This document shows, in pieces, positions 1 through 13,451 of a stretch of DNA of 51,190 bases; the stretch's first letter is position 1; every line of letters starts with the position of its first letter. The DNA comes from Polymyxa betae A26-41 (taxonomy: Eukaryota > Protista > Endomyxa: Phytomyxea), in the NCBI GenBank assembly GCA_003693705.1, contig RBZT01000180.1, positions 1 to 51,190 of the forward strand. Reading direction: 5' to 3'. Made by a program: the position numbers and the translations under genes. The notes beneath the pieces are model-generated. The model saw only the letters and a list, made by a program, of their open reading frames with translations. It made no database searches and was not told where the DNA came from.

Positions 1-280
1 TACGGTAATGACTGCATCTATAGAATGCTGGCCATTTTCGTACGTTGATGAGTACAGAAATTTTAATCCATCAACGTAGATGGGCGGATGACGAGGATTG
101 GTTGCAGGCATGTTAATTGCAGATCAGGAATTTAACTCAAAAGAATTTGCAGATTAACTACGTTATTACTCACTGTGTACGCATATTTTACGGACTTGAA
201 CATTTAATTGAACATTGAACAAAAAATTGGTCCGCGATACTGTTACCAGGGCCGCCCGGAAAAAATTGCGTCGCCTCGCA

Positions 281-3200
281 ATGTCTTGGACGCTCCCTCC
301 TATCCGTTGCAGCAGCCGCCTTCATTTGTCAAAGATGTCTCCTTCCACGAAATGGACTGGCGAGCGGGTTCGCCAGACTTTCATCGACTTCTTCAGATCC
401 AAGGACCATACGTTCTACCCGTCGTCGCGAGTCATCCCTTATGACGATCCGACGCTGCTGTTCATCAACTCGGGCATGTGTCAGTTCAAGCCCATCTTCC
501 TCGGCTCCATCGACCCATCCACTGAGCTTGCTAAGCTATCCCGCGTTTGCAACTCGCAGAAATGCATTCGTGCCGGTGGCAAGCACAACGATCTTGACGA
601 TGTTGGAAAAGACACGTACCATCACACGTTCTTTGAAATGTTAGGCAACTGGTCGTTTGGCGACTATTTTAAGAAGGAAGCCATCACCTGGGCTTACGAA
701 CTCCTTCATGAAGTCATGGGTCTTGACAAGGGTCGTCTGTACGCCACCTATTTCGAGGGATCTGAACAATACGGTATTCCACCCGATTTGGAAGCTCGTG
801 ACATGTGGATTTCGCTTCTGGGCGAAGATCATGTCTTGCCCGGTAACATGAAAGACAATTTCTGGGAGATGGGTGATACTGGTCCATGTGGTCCATGCTC
901 GGAGCTCCACTATGATCGTATTGGTGGCCGCAACGCCTCCCATCTCGTCAACATGGACGACCCGAACGTCCTGGAGATCTGGAACTTGGTCTTCATGCAG
1001 TTCAGCCGTGAACCTGATCGTTCATTGGTTCCGCTGCCGGCGCGCCACGTCGATACCGGCATGGGTTTTGAGCGGCTGGTCTCTGTCCTGCAGGATGTCC
1101 CATCGAACTACGACACCGATGTCTTCCAGCCGTACTTTGATGAGATCAGCAAGCTGACTGGCGCCAGGCAGTACCAGGGTCTTGTTGGCCCAGACGACCT
1201 CGATGGCGTCGACATGGCTTACCGTGTTGTTGCCGATCACATCCGCAACCTGTCGGTTGCGATCGCTGACGGTTCGGAACCGGGCCCGACCGGGCGCCAG
1301 TACGTTCTGCGTCGTATTCTGCGACGTGGAGTCCGTTACGCCCATACGTTTTTGAACGCCCAGCCCGGGTTCTTGTCCAAGCTGGTACCTGTTGTTGTCC
1401 AGTGCTTAGGTCCAGCATTCCCTGAAGTTGTCGCGGAACAAGAACGTATTGTTCGTATATTGGATGAGGAAGAGGCTCTGTTCCAGCGAACGCTGGCCAA
1501 GGGTATCAAGGAGTTCAACAAGGCTACGCAAGATTCCGACAGCAAAGTGGTGTCTGGCGCCACTGCCTTCCGCCTGTATGACACGTTTGGATTCCCGCTC
1601 GATTTGACCGTCATTATGGCCGAAGAGAAGGGCATGACTGTTGATACGGCCGCATACGAGGAAGAGATGGAGAAAGCTCGTGAGATGTCGCGTGTCAATA
1701 CCAAAGCTGGAAAGGGAAACCTGACCATGGATGCCGACCATATCGCCCATATGGAGAAGGTCATTGGCGTTAAAGCCACCGATGACGATCACAAATATGG
1801 ATCCAATGCTGTATCAGGCTCCGTCCAGGCCATCTTCACCAACAGGTCGTTTGTCGAATCGATCGATGATCCGCAGTCTTTGTCTGGCATCGTCTTGGAT
1901 CGTACCTCATTCTATGCCGAACAGGGTGGTCAGATCAACGATACCGGTTTCATTTTCAACGCCGATAAATCGTTCGTTTTTGAGGTTCGTGCTTTTAATT
2001 GCAGCCCTATTTGAATTTTTGATGGTTCGGTTTTAGGTGACTGATTGTCAAGTATGGGCTGGTATCGTCGTCCATATCGGAAACGTCGTTAAGGGCAGCA
2101 TCCGTCTGGGAGAATTCGTCACTGCTGAACCCGATTTCGAGCGTCGCGGTGCCATCATGCCGAACCACACGCTCACTCACGTTCTGAACCATGCATTAAG
2201 GAGAGTGTTGGGAATGCATGTCGACCAGAAGGGTCAGTAGTAGAGTGCCAGATTGTGCTCCGATTCTGAACCTATCCCGTAGGTTCTTTGGTTGATGAGC
2301 AGAAATTGCGATTCGACTTCAGCCATTCGGGTGCGATGAAACCCGAACAAATCGCCGAAGTCGAATCGATTTGCAATTCCATGATCGCTGCCGCCATGCA
2401 AGTCTACACTCAGGTCGTTCCGCTGAAGGACGCCCAGCAGATCTGTTCTTTACGTGCTGTGTTCGGTGAAACGTACGGCTTATCATCCGTGATTATTTTT
2501 TTTCTGATCAAGTTGTGCAATAAGATATCCTGATCCAGTTCGTGTCGTTTCTGTCGGATGCCCTGTTGATGACCTCCTTGCGGATCCCTCAAACGCGGAC
2601 TGGTCTGTTCTGTATGGGCTATTGTGAATGCTTTGTAACATTTGTTTCAGGCACCAGTATTCGGTTGAATTCTGTGGTGGTACTCATCTGACGAACACTT
2701 CAACTGCGAAGTACTTCAGCATCGTCTCTGAAGTGGGCATTGCTAAAGGTCGGTTATTGGATATGTTACTTTTTTTTTGCGATTATTGATTATAAAGTGG
2801 TTCTTCTTGAACGGCTTTCTCCGAGCCTTTTTGTTTATAATGTGGTCTTAGTTCTCCGTCCTCGGATTTTCTCTCGATCAAAATTTTGACGGTTTCGTTA
2901 GGCATCAGGCGTATCGTCGCCGTGACCTCGGTTCAGGCAGCCTCCTGTCTGAAGCTGGGTTCGTCTTTCCTGGAAAAGGTGAACAGCATTCGAAACCTGG
3001 AGAACCCTGCCGATGCTGGTGCTGCCATTTCCAGGTTGCGTTCGCAACTTGACGGACAAGCCTCGAACGTTCCCACCATGTTCCGACACCAAATCGAACA
3101 CGCTTTACAAGAATGCGTTAAATCCTACGTGCAGTTCAAGAAGCAGAACACAAAGAAACTCGAAGCCAGCGCCATTGCGTCGATCGAAGACGCCGTTGAG

Positions 3201-3583
3201 AAATCGTCGCCCTCTGTTGTTTGCCAAGTCGATCTCGATGCGAAGTCGCTAAAGGTTTGCATGATTATGTCGTTTTTTGCTATTAGCTGATCTTTGTTCG
3301 GCAGTCGATTCTCTCTCAATGTACTAAAAAACAATTGCTGGACAAGATTGCTGTTATGTTGGTCACCAGCGATGACGGCAAAGGAAGGGGTATTGTTCAA
3401 GCTGCGACTTCTAAATCTTGTAAGATCGATGCCAAGTCTTGGGTTGAAGCTGCCATGAAGCCGGTCGACGGAAAAGTGTCAGCGTCGGGAATCGCTGGTC
3501 AACCTGTCCAGGGATTGTTCAACGATGCCTCCCAGATCAATCTCGTGATTGCTGCTGCTAAGGAAGCCGTTCGCTCGCTTTAA
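281..3583 (+). CDS. AARS: Alanyl-tRNA synthetase, eukaryotic type, ~7 exons (introns ~1985-2036, 2233-2282, 2473-2524, ~2603-2650, 2749-2901, 3255-3304); alternative ATG at 335
   Basis: [56 protein letters not shown], editing-domain NHTLTH and [16 protein letters not shown]; GT-AG introns restore the frame. Confidence 0.97.
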
Positions 3584-4040
3584 TGCCTATTTGTTTGATC
3601 ATTGTCTTTAATACATCAATCGATCTCTTCATTCAGCTTCTGAGTGGACAAGATTGTTTAATCTTGTTATGAATTGCCCATTTTTGGTTATGCCAAATTT
3701 CAGAAAAACATTCAGAAGATCGATGCGAATAACTAACAGTCCTATATACGCATTCACAAACAGATTTGTGTATCAGAACTTCAAACGCAATGCTTAAGAA
3801 TCTTCACATTGATTAACCAGAGTCGGTTCGTCTCGAAATGAGGAAGAGAAGCCTCTATCCAAACCTGCAAAGCGCCCGATATGGCCCCTTCGTAAGGTAT
3901 CTGCGACATAGTCTCCCCATGGCACTGCTGCTATTAGCAGTGACCCATTCTAAGTGAAATTTTAGTCATGAAATGAGAGACCTCATGGCCGAGCCAGATC
4001 ATGGCGATTTCCGAGTAGAACAGTCGCGTCACAGATTGTC

Positions 4041-5852
4041 ATGGCTGTCATCATCGTAGCGGTCGTGCCGGATCCATCGGCGCCAGATCAGACACTGGTG
4101 GTCAAGATTCGCGATCGGCACGACTTCGAGACGCTCTGCGACAAGGTCCGATGGAACTTGAAGGACAGCCTAAAGCGATACCCACCTGGCAAGCCGATGC
4201 AGTTTGTGTTCTTCGATGCCGACCGCTGTCTTTTACGGGTCTCTGACGATCAGCAATTAGCACGCGCGCTGTCGCTGCCTTCTAAACAGCTTCATTCTGG
4301 TCGTCTAATCCTCTACCTCTCTGAGAATTGCTCTCATGATATCAAGAGGCATCCGGATAGACTGGCGTTCAATAATAGCAAGAATCATGAGGTGGAATTT
4401 GTGCCTCCTGAGCCGACACCTTCGTTCCATTCGACGCCATCGCAACAAAATCTTACCAATGCCACAGTTTTGAATAACCGGATTCGTTGTGAAAACGCCA
4501 ATACGTTAGAATTGCCCATTTCTGAGAGGCCCTATGCAATTGGACGGCATGCCTGGGCAGTTGTCACTCAGATTGCAAGTAATCAGAAGTTCGATATCAC
4601 TTGAAACAAACATTGACTATGGTTCAGATGGACAAGTGACCTCGTTTGTCCAGCTATCATCAGTTCTGTCGTCAATCTCTGGTCTGGGACCCGATACAGA
4701 ATACCCAGCCTTGCAGTATTGCTTGCATACAATGCAGCCTTCACAACTGCAATCATTCTTCCATCAGCTGCTGCCTCTGATAGCTCGGCTAGCTTTAGCC
4801 GGTCCAGCATTCCATCACATTCTTCGAACAGAACGAACCGATGCCGCGATCAGTCTGACACGCTTACAAGCAGCATCAATCATTGCCAACATCTTCTTAT
4901 GCACATTAACAACGTCGTCAGACGCGTGGCTGCATCGATTGAGCATGTCGAGTCTATTTCGATCAGAACCATTTCCGGCCGTGACGAAGATCGATGCCAT
5001 CCTGCATTATCTGTCGTGCTGCCCTGCGAAGTTGAATCGGCCCGGATCAATTCACGTGCGGAGACAGCATCGGCATATGAGCAAATGGTCGATGGCGAAT
5101 CTGTTGCAATCGTCCCAGACGACGCGAATTCGAGTCGACTCAGGCGAAGTACGATCTAGCGCCACCGAAGTTCAGTTGGAGCACTTTTACATCGGACATA
5201 TTGCGGCAGCAGCGTTAGGTCCAGATACGACGACCGACATCCTGCGTTTGTTCGAGACGCCAGAGCTGCTAGCAGCATCGGCGTTATGTGATCCGCTTGC
5301 CAGATACGATTCGATTGTGGTTTCTGGCGCTAGGCATCACTTGAGTTTAACGGGAAGTGGTGAGAAAATTCGAATTCAGAAGGTCTGGGACGAAGATGTT
5401 GAGACAACGGTCGTGCTGTATAAATCGAAGCCCGACAATTCGAACAAGTTTCATCCGAAGACCTTGTTGGACGACATTTTACAAGCTGTCGCTGCAATGT
5501 CGGCTGTCGATGTACCCACAATCGCGTTGAAATCTAAGCAGATGCAATCGCCACATCAGATCGATCTGGACCGCGACTTTATCATTGACATAATCGCAGC
5601 AATGTAAGCATCGCATCGTTTGTTTATGATAAGCTGATTCATGATGTAAGGCTGAGCAATCGCAATCTCGTCTATTACATAGAAAACGATGGGCGAATGG
5701 CATCGTACCCAAACATCGCCAATCTTCTAGCGGGCGTTCGCGCCGCCGACATGACCAGGTTCCTGATGGGGTATCGACCCAGCATGGGGCCGATATGGGC
5801 GCGCGTGTTGGAATTCTTGCAATTCGACCAATCCGTCACCCGACGTCAGTAA
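4041..5852 (+). CDS. PB1-like N-terminal domain + poly(ADP-ribose) glycohydrolase (PARG)-like domain, catalytic motif degenerate; introns 4579-4627 and 5604-5650
   Basis: FVFFDADRCLLRVSDDQQLARAL resembles the PB1 OPCA region; FFHQLLPLIARLAL, ISLTRLQAASIIANIFLCT, KIDAILHYL, PELL..LCDPLARYDSIVVSGA and NRNLVYY follow the PARG fold in order. Confidence 0.75.
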
Positions 5853-6086
5853 ACATCTGGAAGACAGAATCACCATCTACTCTGTTCATCTTTCAATTTG
5901 GACATTGACAGAAGTAGGCCAAAGATAGGCAACCCAGATGGCGTCATGGGGCGTCCTACAGTGTTTGTGAGAGCGGCCTTGTTTCACATTTTCCTGTGAG
6001 CAGTCGATGATGACGCAACCCTTTGCTGTGTTGCATGAGGCTGAAGCTCCATGTTGTTTCTTGCTACCGTGCCATGACGCAGTTTT

Positions 6087-9015
6087 TTGCCATTTTCAAA
6101 TCAAGCAGCGCCCGAAGATTCAGAGGGTGCGCTGCATAAGATCGATGTCTATCAGGGTCAGCTTGGCATGATAGAGGAGGAAGATGGAGAGATCAGAAAG
6201 CGTTCGCCTTTGACCCCAGGTTCGGATTTAGCAAAAGCGTTAATCAACAAGAACGCGAAGCCAGAAATTCCGAGTTGGCCGCCGAAAATCGATAGAACTT
6301 TCGCAAATGCGACCCTGACTATTGAAGGCATTGAAGTGTTGTTCCCAGAAAAAGTACCTTTTCATACCCAGATCAGCATGATGAAGCATATGATAGCTGC
6401 TTTTAAAGCTTCCAATCACGCCGTTTTAGAATCCCCAACAGGGACTGGAAAAAGGTGATGACATCGTTTGAAAGTATCTTAAAGCTTTCTAAAGCTGCAT
6501 AGTTTAGCATTGCTATGTGCTGCGATCGCATTTCAAATCCATCAATATCAGCAAAGTGCTACTGTCCCTTTTGTTGTTGTCGCTTCCCGAACGCACAGCC
6601 AGCTGAAATCGCTTTGTAACGAACTACGCCGATCTCCTTATCGCCCTTTAACCACGACGCTGGGCTCCCGGTCCCGGTATTGTCCACATCCGGATCGAAA
6701 TCTCAAACATTCATCGACCGAGGATTTCTGTGCGGATGCTCTCAGCAAGCACCAATGTTCTTTTGCTGCGGGCATCGATAGGGAGTCTCACGTTGAATCT
6801 ATCAAGCAGTTATGCAAGGGCGAAGGGAATCAATCCGTATTCGATATCGAAGAAATGGTGTCATTCTGTGGCGATTTTTGCCCGTATTATACTTCAAGGG
6901 AATTGGCGAATCGTAGCCATGTTATATTCGTCCCATATAATTACGTGATAGACCCTTTTATATCGTCACGTCTGGACTTCCTTAACCATTCAATTGTTAT
7001 CATTGATGAAGCCCACAACATCCTCGATATCGCTATGGATGCAGCTTCAGCAACGCTCGAGAAAGACAAGTTGCCAGATATCATATCGGCATGCGATCAG
7101 CTCTCGAAGTTTCACCAACAACAACTTGCACGTCTCGACTCACCGAGGGCAACCAAAGAATTTCGAGAAATGGTTCAATCGATCAAATCGATCACACCGG
7201 TTCGCATTGTAGCTTCAAAACTGAAAGCAGTTCTCTGCCAACTGGAAAACACAGCAGAACGCTCTCAGAACGAAGAGTCACGTCCAAATTCTGATCTTGA
7301 ATATGTTTCGTGGGCGACCTCGCCTCCTGCTTCGACCTCATCAGTACGAGCGGCATTGACTGCTTTTGGGCTCACCGATAACCTTTGTCGTCATATTCAA
7401 GAAATTCTTCGAAGCTGGTCCGACGTTTCCGATTGGCTTTACGATAGTCATCGTGCTTTCCTACGTGAGATATCTCCTTTATTGGACCTTGTTATTTGCT
7501 GCTCTCGGGCATGGCGCGAATCGGCGTCCTTCCGGATCCTGTTTGTAAGAAGCCACAACTATTTGAAGGTGTCCTGGACTTCATCGTTACGGCTGTTATG
7601 TCTGAGTGCTGAAGTTATCATCAATCAGCAATGTGAAGGTGTCAAGTCCTTTCTGGTATCGTCCGGCACGCTTTCGCCATTGCAAGCATTTTGTCAGGAT
7701 CTTGGCGACGCCTTCAATGCTCGGCTAATGTCGAAGCTGCAAAACGGGCACACAATCGATCCAAAAAAGCAATTGCTCTTTGGGACTCTGGGTGTCGGAT
7801 GCTCTTCTGAAACGTTGTGTGGAACCATGAAGGAGCAGACGGCATCTTACTATCGCGGTGTTGGCAGTGTTGTTGAGCGGCTTTGTTCCTACGTCCCATT
7901 TGGCGTTCTCGTGTTTGTATCGAGTTACGCAGCTATAGAGAAGTTTTCTGCAGAATGGAAGAGATCTGGATCATGGCGAAAGATTACTGCGTATAAGGGC
8001 GCTCCTTTTATTGAGCCAAGGTTAGCCTTTACATGCCTTGTTTTTCACCGATTTACTTTAGCTGCTTAAATACCTTTTTTTGTAATAGTTTGCTATTTTG
8101 TTTCTGCGTTGATACAGTTTCAGGTTTTTATCGCTGCATGCTGCGGGGTTTCTCTAATCATTCGATTCAGCCAATGTACTGATGATGAATTTCAAGAAGT
8201 CTGTAATGGTTTCCGGGCAGCCTCTGTTAAGGGTAAGGGCGCAATCCTGATCGCGGTTTATCGAGGTAAAGCCAGTGAAGGAATTTCCTTCTCGAACGAT
8301 GTTTGTCGTGCTTGTATTTGCGTCAGCCTACCCCTTGTAATGATTATCTTCTTTATTGCATTGCTGGTTGACGGTATCTCTCTACATAGCCTAATATTAC
8401 TGACGTTCGAATTCAAGCAAAAATAGAACACAACAATCGAATCGCTGGGGATGGACGTCGCTGGTATGAACAGCAAGCATATAAAGCTGTGAATCAAGCT
8501 CTGGGACGCGTTATACGCCATGCTGGAGATTATGGTCTACTGCTGTTGCTGGATAAGAGATTTGCGTCCAAATCGAATAGGGATATTTCTGCTTGGTTGC
8601 GAGCGCATATTCAGGCAGGCTTCATTCGTATTTGATTCGCTTGTGTTTTCTCACTGATGTTGCTCAGAACTTTCTATCGGTTGATGAGCTATGCGAAAGG
8701 ACCCAGGAATTCTTCGATTCTGTCGAAAAACTGAAACCGTTCAAGTACGTTAATCCTGAACCTGTTGTTACTGATGAGAATCTATCTTGTACATCCGCTA
8801 TGAAGTCTGAGCCGGAATTCAACGCTGATAAAAGAAGGAGGTTTGAGGCAGATCAGGTTGTTGATTTAACGCAAGGTTCGGATGGATCAACGCAAGACAT
8901 GACGTCTTCAGCATTAAGTTCGCAGGGCTCTACATCGGATTATAATTTATTTTCTGAAAAGACGAAGACTCTTCATTATCGCATTGCTTATCAACAGTTA
9001 ATGTTTGATGAATGA
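6087..9015 (+). CDS. XPD-family Fe-S DEAH DNA helicase (FANCJ/RTEL1-like), multi-exon; true start uncertain
   Basis: AVLESPTGTGK (motif I), ASRTHSQL, Fe-S cysteines (SRYCPH, DFC, QCSF, CPYY), IIDEAHN, SGTLSP, AVYRGKASEGISF, VNQALGRVIRH. Confidence 0.92.
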
Positions 9016-9308
9016 CTAAACCTTATTGTTTATTGATGATTAATGGTATCGCCTTTATCATTTCTTGGCCGATCACAACCGATTTGAAAACCAAAATGTC
9101 ATCTAAAGCGTATAATCCCATTGAATCTTCCTCGATCGATTCTGAAACCAAACCTATTGCTTGAAGTACAACATCACCATAGTGCCAGTTCAACCTGATT
9201 TAATCTGGATGGCCTCAAGATCGACGATCCATCAATGACGAGAGATCAATCTGATCATCGGCTGGCATCATTCCTTGCGTTTTTTGAGCTGCGTCAAACT
9301 ATTATTCG

Positions 9309-10160
9309 ATGTCGGACGACCAGCTTGACTCTAAGGAATTATTTTATGAGTTTGACCCTTTGGGAATAAAGAATGGCGAGGATCGCGAACTTGAAACACC
9401 TGAGGTCGAGGCGGGTTCTAGCAATAATAGAATCTCAACCGATACTGGAAAACCCAGTGAAAGTTCCGGCAAAGGTGCTGATAATTCTGTCCGATCAACT
9501 CCCATAATGGGGCAAGAGGGTGGGCAACAGCAAAGCAGTGATGCCGCGATATCAGATGGTCCGGAAAACGCCCAAATCGATCCCAACGCTGAAGATGACC
9601 AATTCGTTGAGGCCAGTCAAGACAACGCAGGCGACAGCGACGAGAAGAAACTCCATAATGCGAAGTCCATTGAAGACGACGACGATGTATTTTATGACGC
9701 TGAAACGGACCCTTTTGAACTCGAATCCAAGCTCAATCATTCTAAAGTTGAGGATAACTTGAGCGATGATGATATGGACGAGTTCCAAGACGCCTTGATG
9801 GACAATTTCGAGATGGACAATTTCGAGATGGACAATTTCGAGACCAATCATGAATTCCGGTCAATAATCAGCGAACAAAAAAGGACGCCAGCGATCGCGC
9901 ATAGCGTATCCAAACTCGCCGACAAGGAATCGTCCAAAGCCATCGATGGGACATCTTTTCATTCTTCTGTGAATTGGACAATGGTCGCTATCTTCGTTCC
10001 TGTTGTTATTGCGATCGCCGCCCTGACAATCGTCGTGTACTTATTCTATCGGAAACCGGGCCGATGTCGAAGACGACGTTCGGGGCCTGAAATTCTGAAT
10101 TCCATCAACCTGCAATCGCCTTCATCTACCTCTTTACAACCACTCGAAGACGCTGTTTAA
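9309..10160 (+). CDS. Acidic low-complexity single-pass membrane protein with FFAT-like motifs
   Basis: 283-aa intronless ORF, D/E-rich N-region, one TM (WTMVAIFVPVVIAIAALTIVVYLFY) followed by basic RKPGRCRRRR. Confidence 0.7.
   Translation: MSDDQLDSKELFYEFDPLGIKNGEDRELETPEVEAGSSNNRISTDTGKPSESSGKGADNSVRSTPIMGQEGGQQQSSDAAISDGPENAQIDPNAEDDQFVEASQDNAGDSDEKKLHNAKSIEDDDDVFYDAETDPFELESKLNHSKVEDNLSDDDMDEFQDALMDNFEMDNFEMDNFETNHEFRSIISEQKRTPAIAHSVSKLADKESSKAIDGTSFHSSVNWTMVAIFVPVVIAIAALTIVVYLFYRKPGRCRRRRSGPEILNSINLQSPSSTSLQPLEDAV
9798..9842 (+). repeat. Perfect 15-nt tandem repeat x3 (ATGGACAATTTCGAG, encoding MDNFE)
   Basis: Directly visible. Confidence 0.95.
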
Positions 10161-10262
10161 TTATGGCTTCTTCAGGTCGTGATATTTCACAAAATAAACA
10201 TTTATAATTGACGAAAAAACAGGGAACAGATTGCCATCAGACATTTTATAGGTTAATAAACA

Positions 10263-13200
10263 TTACGAACGAGAAAACGATGAAGTGGCTGTCATACGTC
10301 CATCAGGGATGTGAATTAGAACCATTCCACGACCATCATCGCGAGCTCCAGGGCAAGACACAGATCGATCGCAGATATAGAAACCGCGACGATTCAGTTG
10401 GATGACCTGACCTTTGGCGACAGAGCCGATGGCAACTTCGCCCAGCCCTTTCGACTCCTTCCACGACTCGCGATTGAGGATCGCCTCGAACTCCTAATTA
10501 AAAGCCTTCAGAAAAAGGGATTTTGACAAAAAAAAAATCCGAAAAAAAGTGCGCAGTTAAAAAAATGTTTCTTGAAATTTCAGCAAAAGCTGAGAGAAAA
10601 TTGTCATACTTCATCTGTTAGCGAAGCGTCGAGCTTTGGCGTTTTGATGAGGTAATCGAGGTCGACAAGCGTCACCGGGACCGTGTCGGGATGATCGCCT
10701 GCGATCCAGGTGACCTTTTTCTTGGTTTTCTTGAAGTCGCCAGCCAGATTCAGGCGTCCGGTGGCGCTAACCACAACACCTACCAACCAATAAGCCGAGA
10801 AATGAATTCATGAAAGCTTTGTACCGTTTTTGTCATGTTCGATGGATTGGACGATAGCATTGCCCCAGCCCATTAATGTGATCTCTTCGCCAAGAGAGCA
10901 TTCGCTGACATCCTGTTGTTCGAGAAGCAGAACCTTATTGAGCGGCACCGTCTTGTTGCTTTTGCTTTCGTCTTTCGGAACGAGACGGATCGACAACGAC
11001 CCGACCGCTTCCTGGTCATGAATCAGATCCAGGCTCGCGCCCGATACAATAATTACATTGTTATCGTCGATCAGATGGAAGGGAACTGGGTCACGAGCGC
11101 CCACAATCGTGTAGCGATGCGCGATCGGATCGATCACCTTCTTGTTCATATTCCAGATCTTATCCCATTCCATTAACGCCCTGAATAACGATAAGACATC
11201 GTCAGATTTGAAAAGAAAAACAGAAAACGAAAATTTGGAAAAGCGTTTCGTTAGTTGCGAAGAGCATTCGTGAAATTTGTTTACACAGATTTGCTGGCGC
11301 CCTGGTCGAGAACGAAATCGCGAAGAGCGGCAACTTGCAGTCCATGGCGAACCATTCCTCGGACCTGATAGCGTTAATAAGCACTCTCACAAATCCATTC
11401 GAATTTCAGTACGAACAGTTGGGAATCGCGGATCGTCCCAACCGGTCACAACATGGCTGTCGACCAGACGGGTCAGCTTACGTTTGGACAGGACCGTATT
11501 GATCAGATTCATTCGGGCGAAATCGATGATTTCCGGTTCGCGGATGCCGGCGGCCTGGCAGAACCAGGCATACTGCTCGTTACGGTCGCGATATTCAATC
11601 GTACGAAGAGCATGGGTGACGCCCTATCATTGGCGATTAGAAATCAACAACAAGAAGCGAAAGCAAATGCCCAAATGACGGTGAAGCTTTGATGCCAGCG
11701 AATAAGGAAGGCAAAACGATCCTGGAAAGAAACAAAAATATAGAGAGTGGAAAAGAGGACCTCGAGGCTGTCAACCAAAGGACAGGTAAAGTCATACGTC
11801 GGGTACACTTTGTATTTCTCACCGGTACGATGATGCGGCGTCGTATTGCAGCGGAACATGGCCGGGTCCCTAAGAAATATCATCAGAAAAAGTGAAACAA
11901 ATAATGAAAAACGGTCTCTAAGAAATGTCATCAGAACAAGAGAAACAAATAACGATAAGCGCTGCAATAATGGAAAACCGCAGAAACAATTCAAATTTTC
12001 AAAACTTTTTCTCAAAATTTGATTTAAGAAATCGCTGGAATGTTCAACGAACCGCATGGCTGCGTTTCGATGCTGCATGCTGATCTTAGCGCGGACGACA
12101 CAGGTCAAGCCGAGCGGCGTACCGGCCCGCATCTCGCTCCAGAGGCGAAGGTTCTCCTCGATCGAGTGCCCGCGGCATTGCCCATCGATCATCTTTTCAC
12201 GTTCCTCGCGCGCCTTCATTTTCTGTAATTTCCAGTCTCAGCATCATTCGACAAAAGCGAACGCTGACAGCAAGGAAAAGAGACAAAAAAACAGACGAGT
12301 TAGGGTTTAGGGTTTACCTCAGTGAAGTCGACATAGGCTTTATCAGCCTTGATCATATCAGTGCACTTCGCTGCGAGATAATCGAAGTGATCCGAGCTGT
12401 AGGTGATGGGCGGCGTATGGAAGACGCCCAGCGTCTTGAGATCGTCGACGATGGCGTCGACGAACTCCTGCTTCTCCTTCGACGGGTTCGTATCGTCGAA
12501 TCGCAGAATCAGACGCCCATTGTAGCGCTTCATCAAGTCGTAGTTGAGGATGGCGGCCTTGGCATGACCGATATGGAGATAGCCGGATGGCTCGGGAGGG
12601 AATCTCGTCACGACTTTCCCCATCCAGCTGGCGTCCAACGTGATCGCCTGGGCGCCGTTGTACGTGCTTTCGACGGCCGCTTTCTTGGTCGGGAAAGCGG
12701 TCGCGAATGCTGAAGCGAATTCCGGCAGCGATGACAGATACGAGAGCCAGCGGTTTAGGTGAGGATATTGTGTCAGAGGCAGAGCTTTCTTATGGCCAAG
12801 AGCGGTGATGACACCCCAGACAGCAAAGTCGGCAGCGGTCACCGTATGACCGACGAGAAACGTACGAAGCTTCAGATGGGCGTCCAGAAAGGCCAGCGTC
12901 TTCTGCTGATCGCTGAATTGCATTAAGATCAGCAATTTTAAAAGGGCAGAACGTCATTAATGGCAAAAATTTAGCGAGGAATTGGTGAGACAAGATAAAA
13001 GAAATAAAGATACACGCAGGCATAGAAAATAGCAAAACTGGATTACAACGCGAAACGGATTCTGATAGAGAAATAAAAGCTTTAAACAGATGTAACTAAA
13101 GCAACAATTTTGACAAAGGTAAATTGACGAAAAAAAAAGAGAAAGTTGTTTGTACTTTGTTAGAGAGTGAAACGAGAGATCGATGAAGAAATCAATGGTG

Positions 13201-13451
13201 GCAGAATCGACGGCATCAAGACAGTAGACGAGATCGGTAGACTTCTTGCAATCCGCCAGACGACAGATATAACGTAGGGCGGCCGCCTCGCTTTCCAGCT
13301 GAATGCCATTTGGCAGGCAGATGGTCGGCGGCGACGCCAGCGACGCCTTGGCGACGGTCTTAACCTGGACCTTGGTCCATGCCAGGGCAGCCAGGCTTGA
13401 TAGCGGCGGCTGGTTCGTCGAATAGATCAGGATCGACGTCGGCGACGTCAT
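10263..13451 (-). CDS. Cytosolic glutamyl-tRNA synthetase with N-terminal GST-like domain, ~8 exons
   Basis: [21 protein letters not shown] (HIGH), [57 protein letters not shown]-terminal LIHIPDG. Confidence 0.96.
11865..11960. repeat. Imperfect 48-nt tandem duplication covering a GluRS intron acceptor
   Basis: ggtccctaagaaatatcatcagaaaaagtgaaacaaataatgaaaaac followed by ggtctctaagaaatgtcatcagaacaagagaaacaaataacgataagc. Confidence 0.85.
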
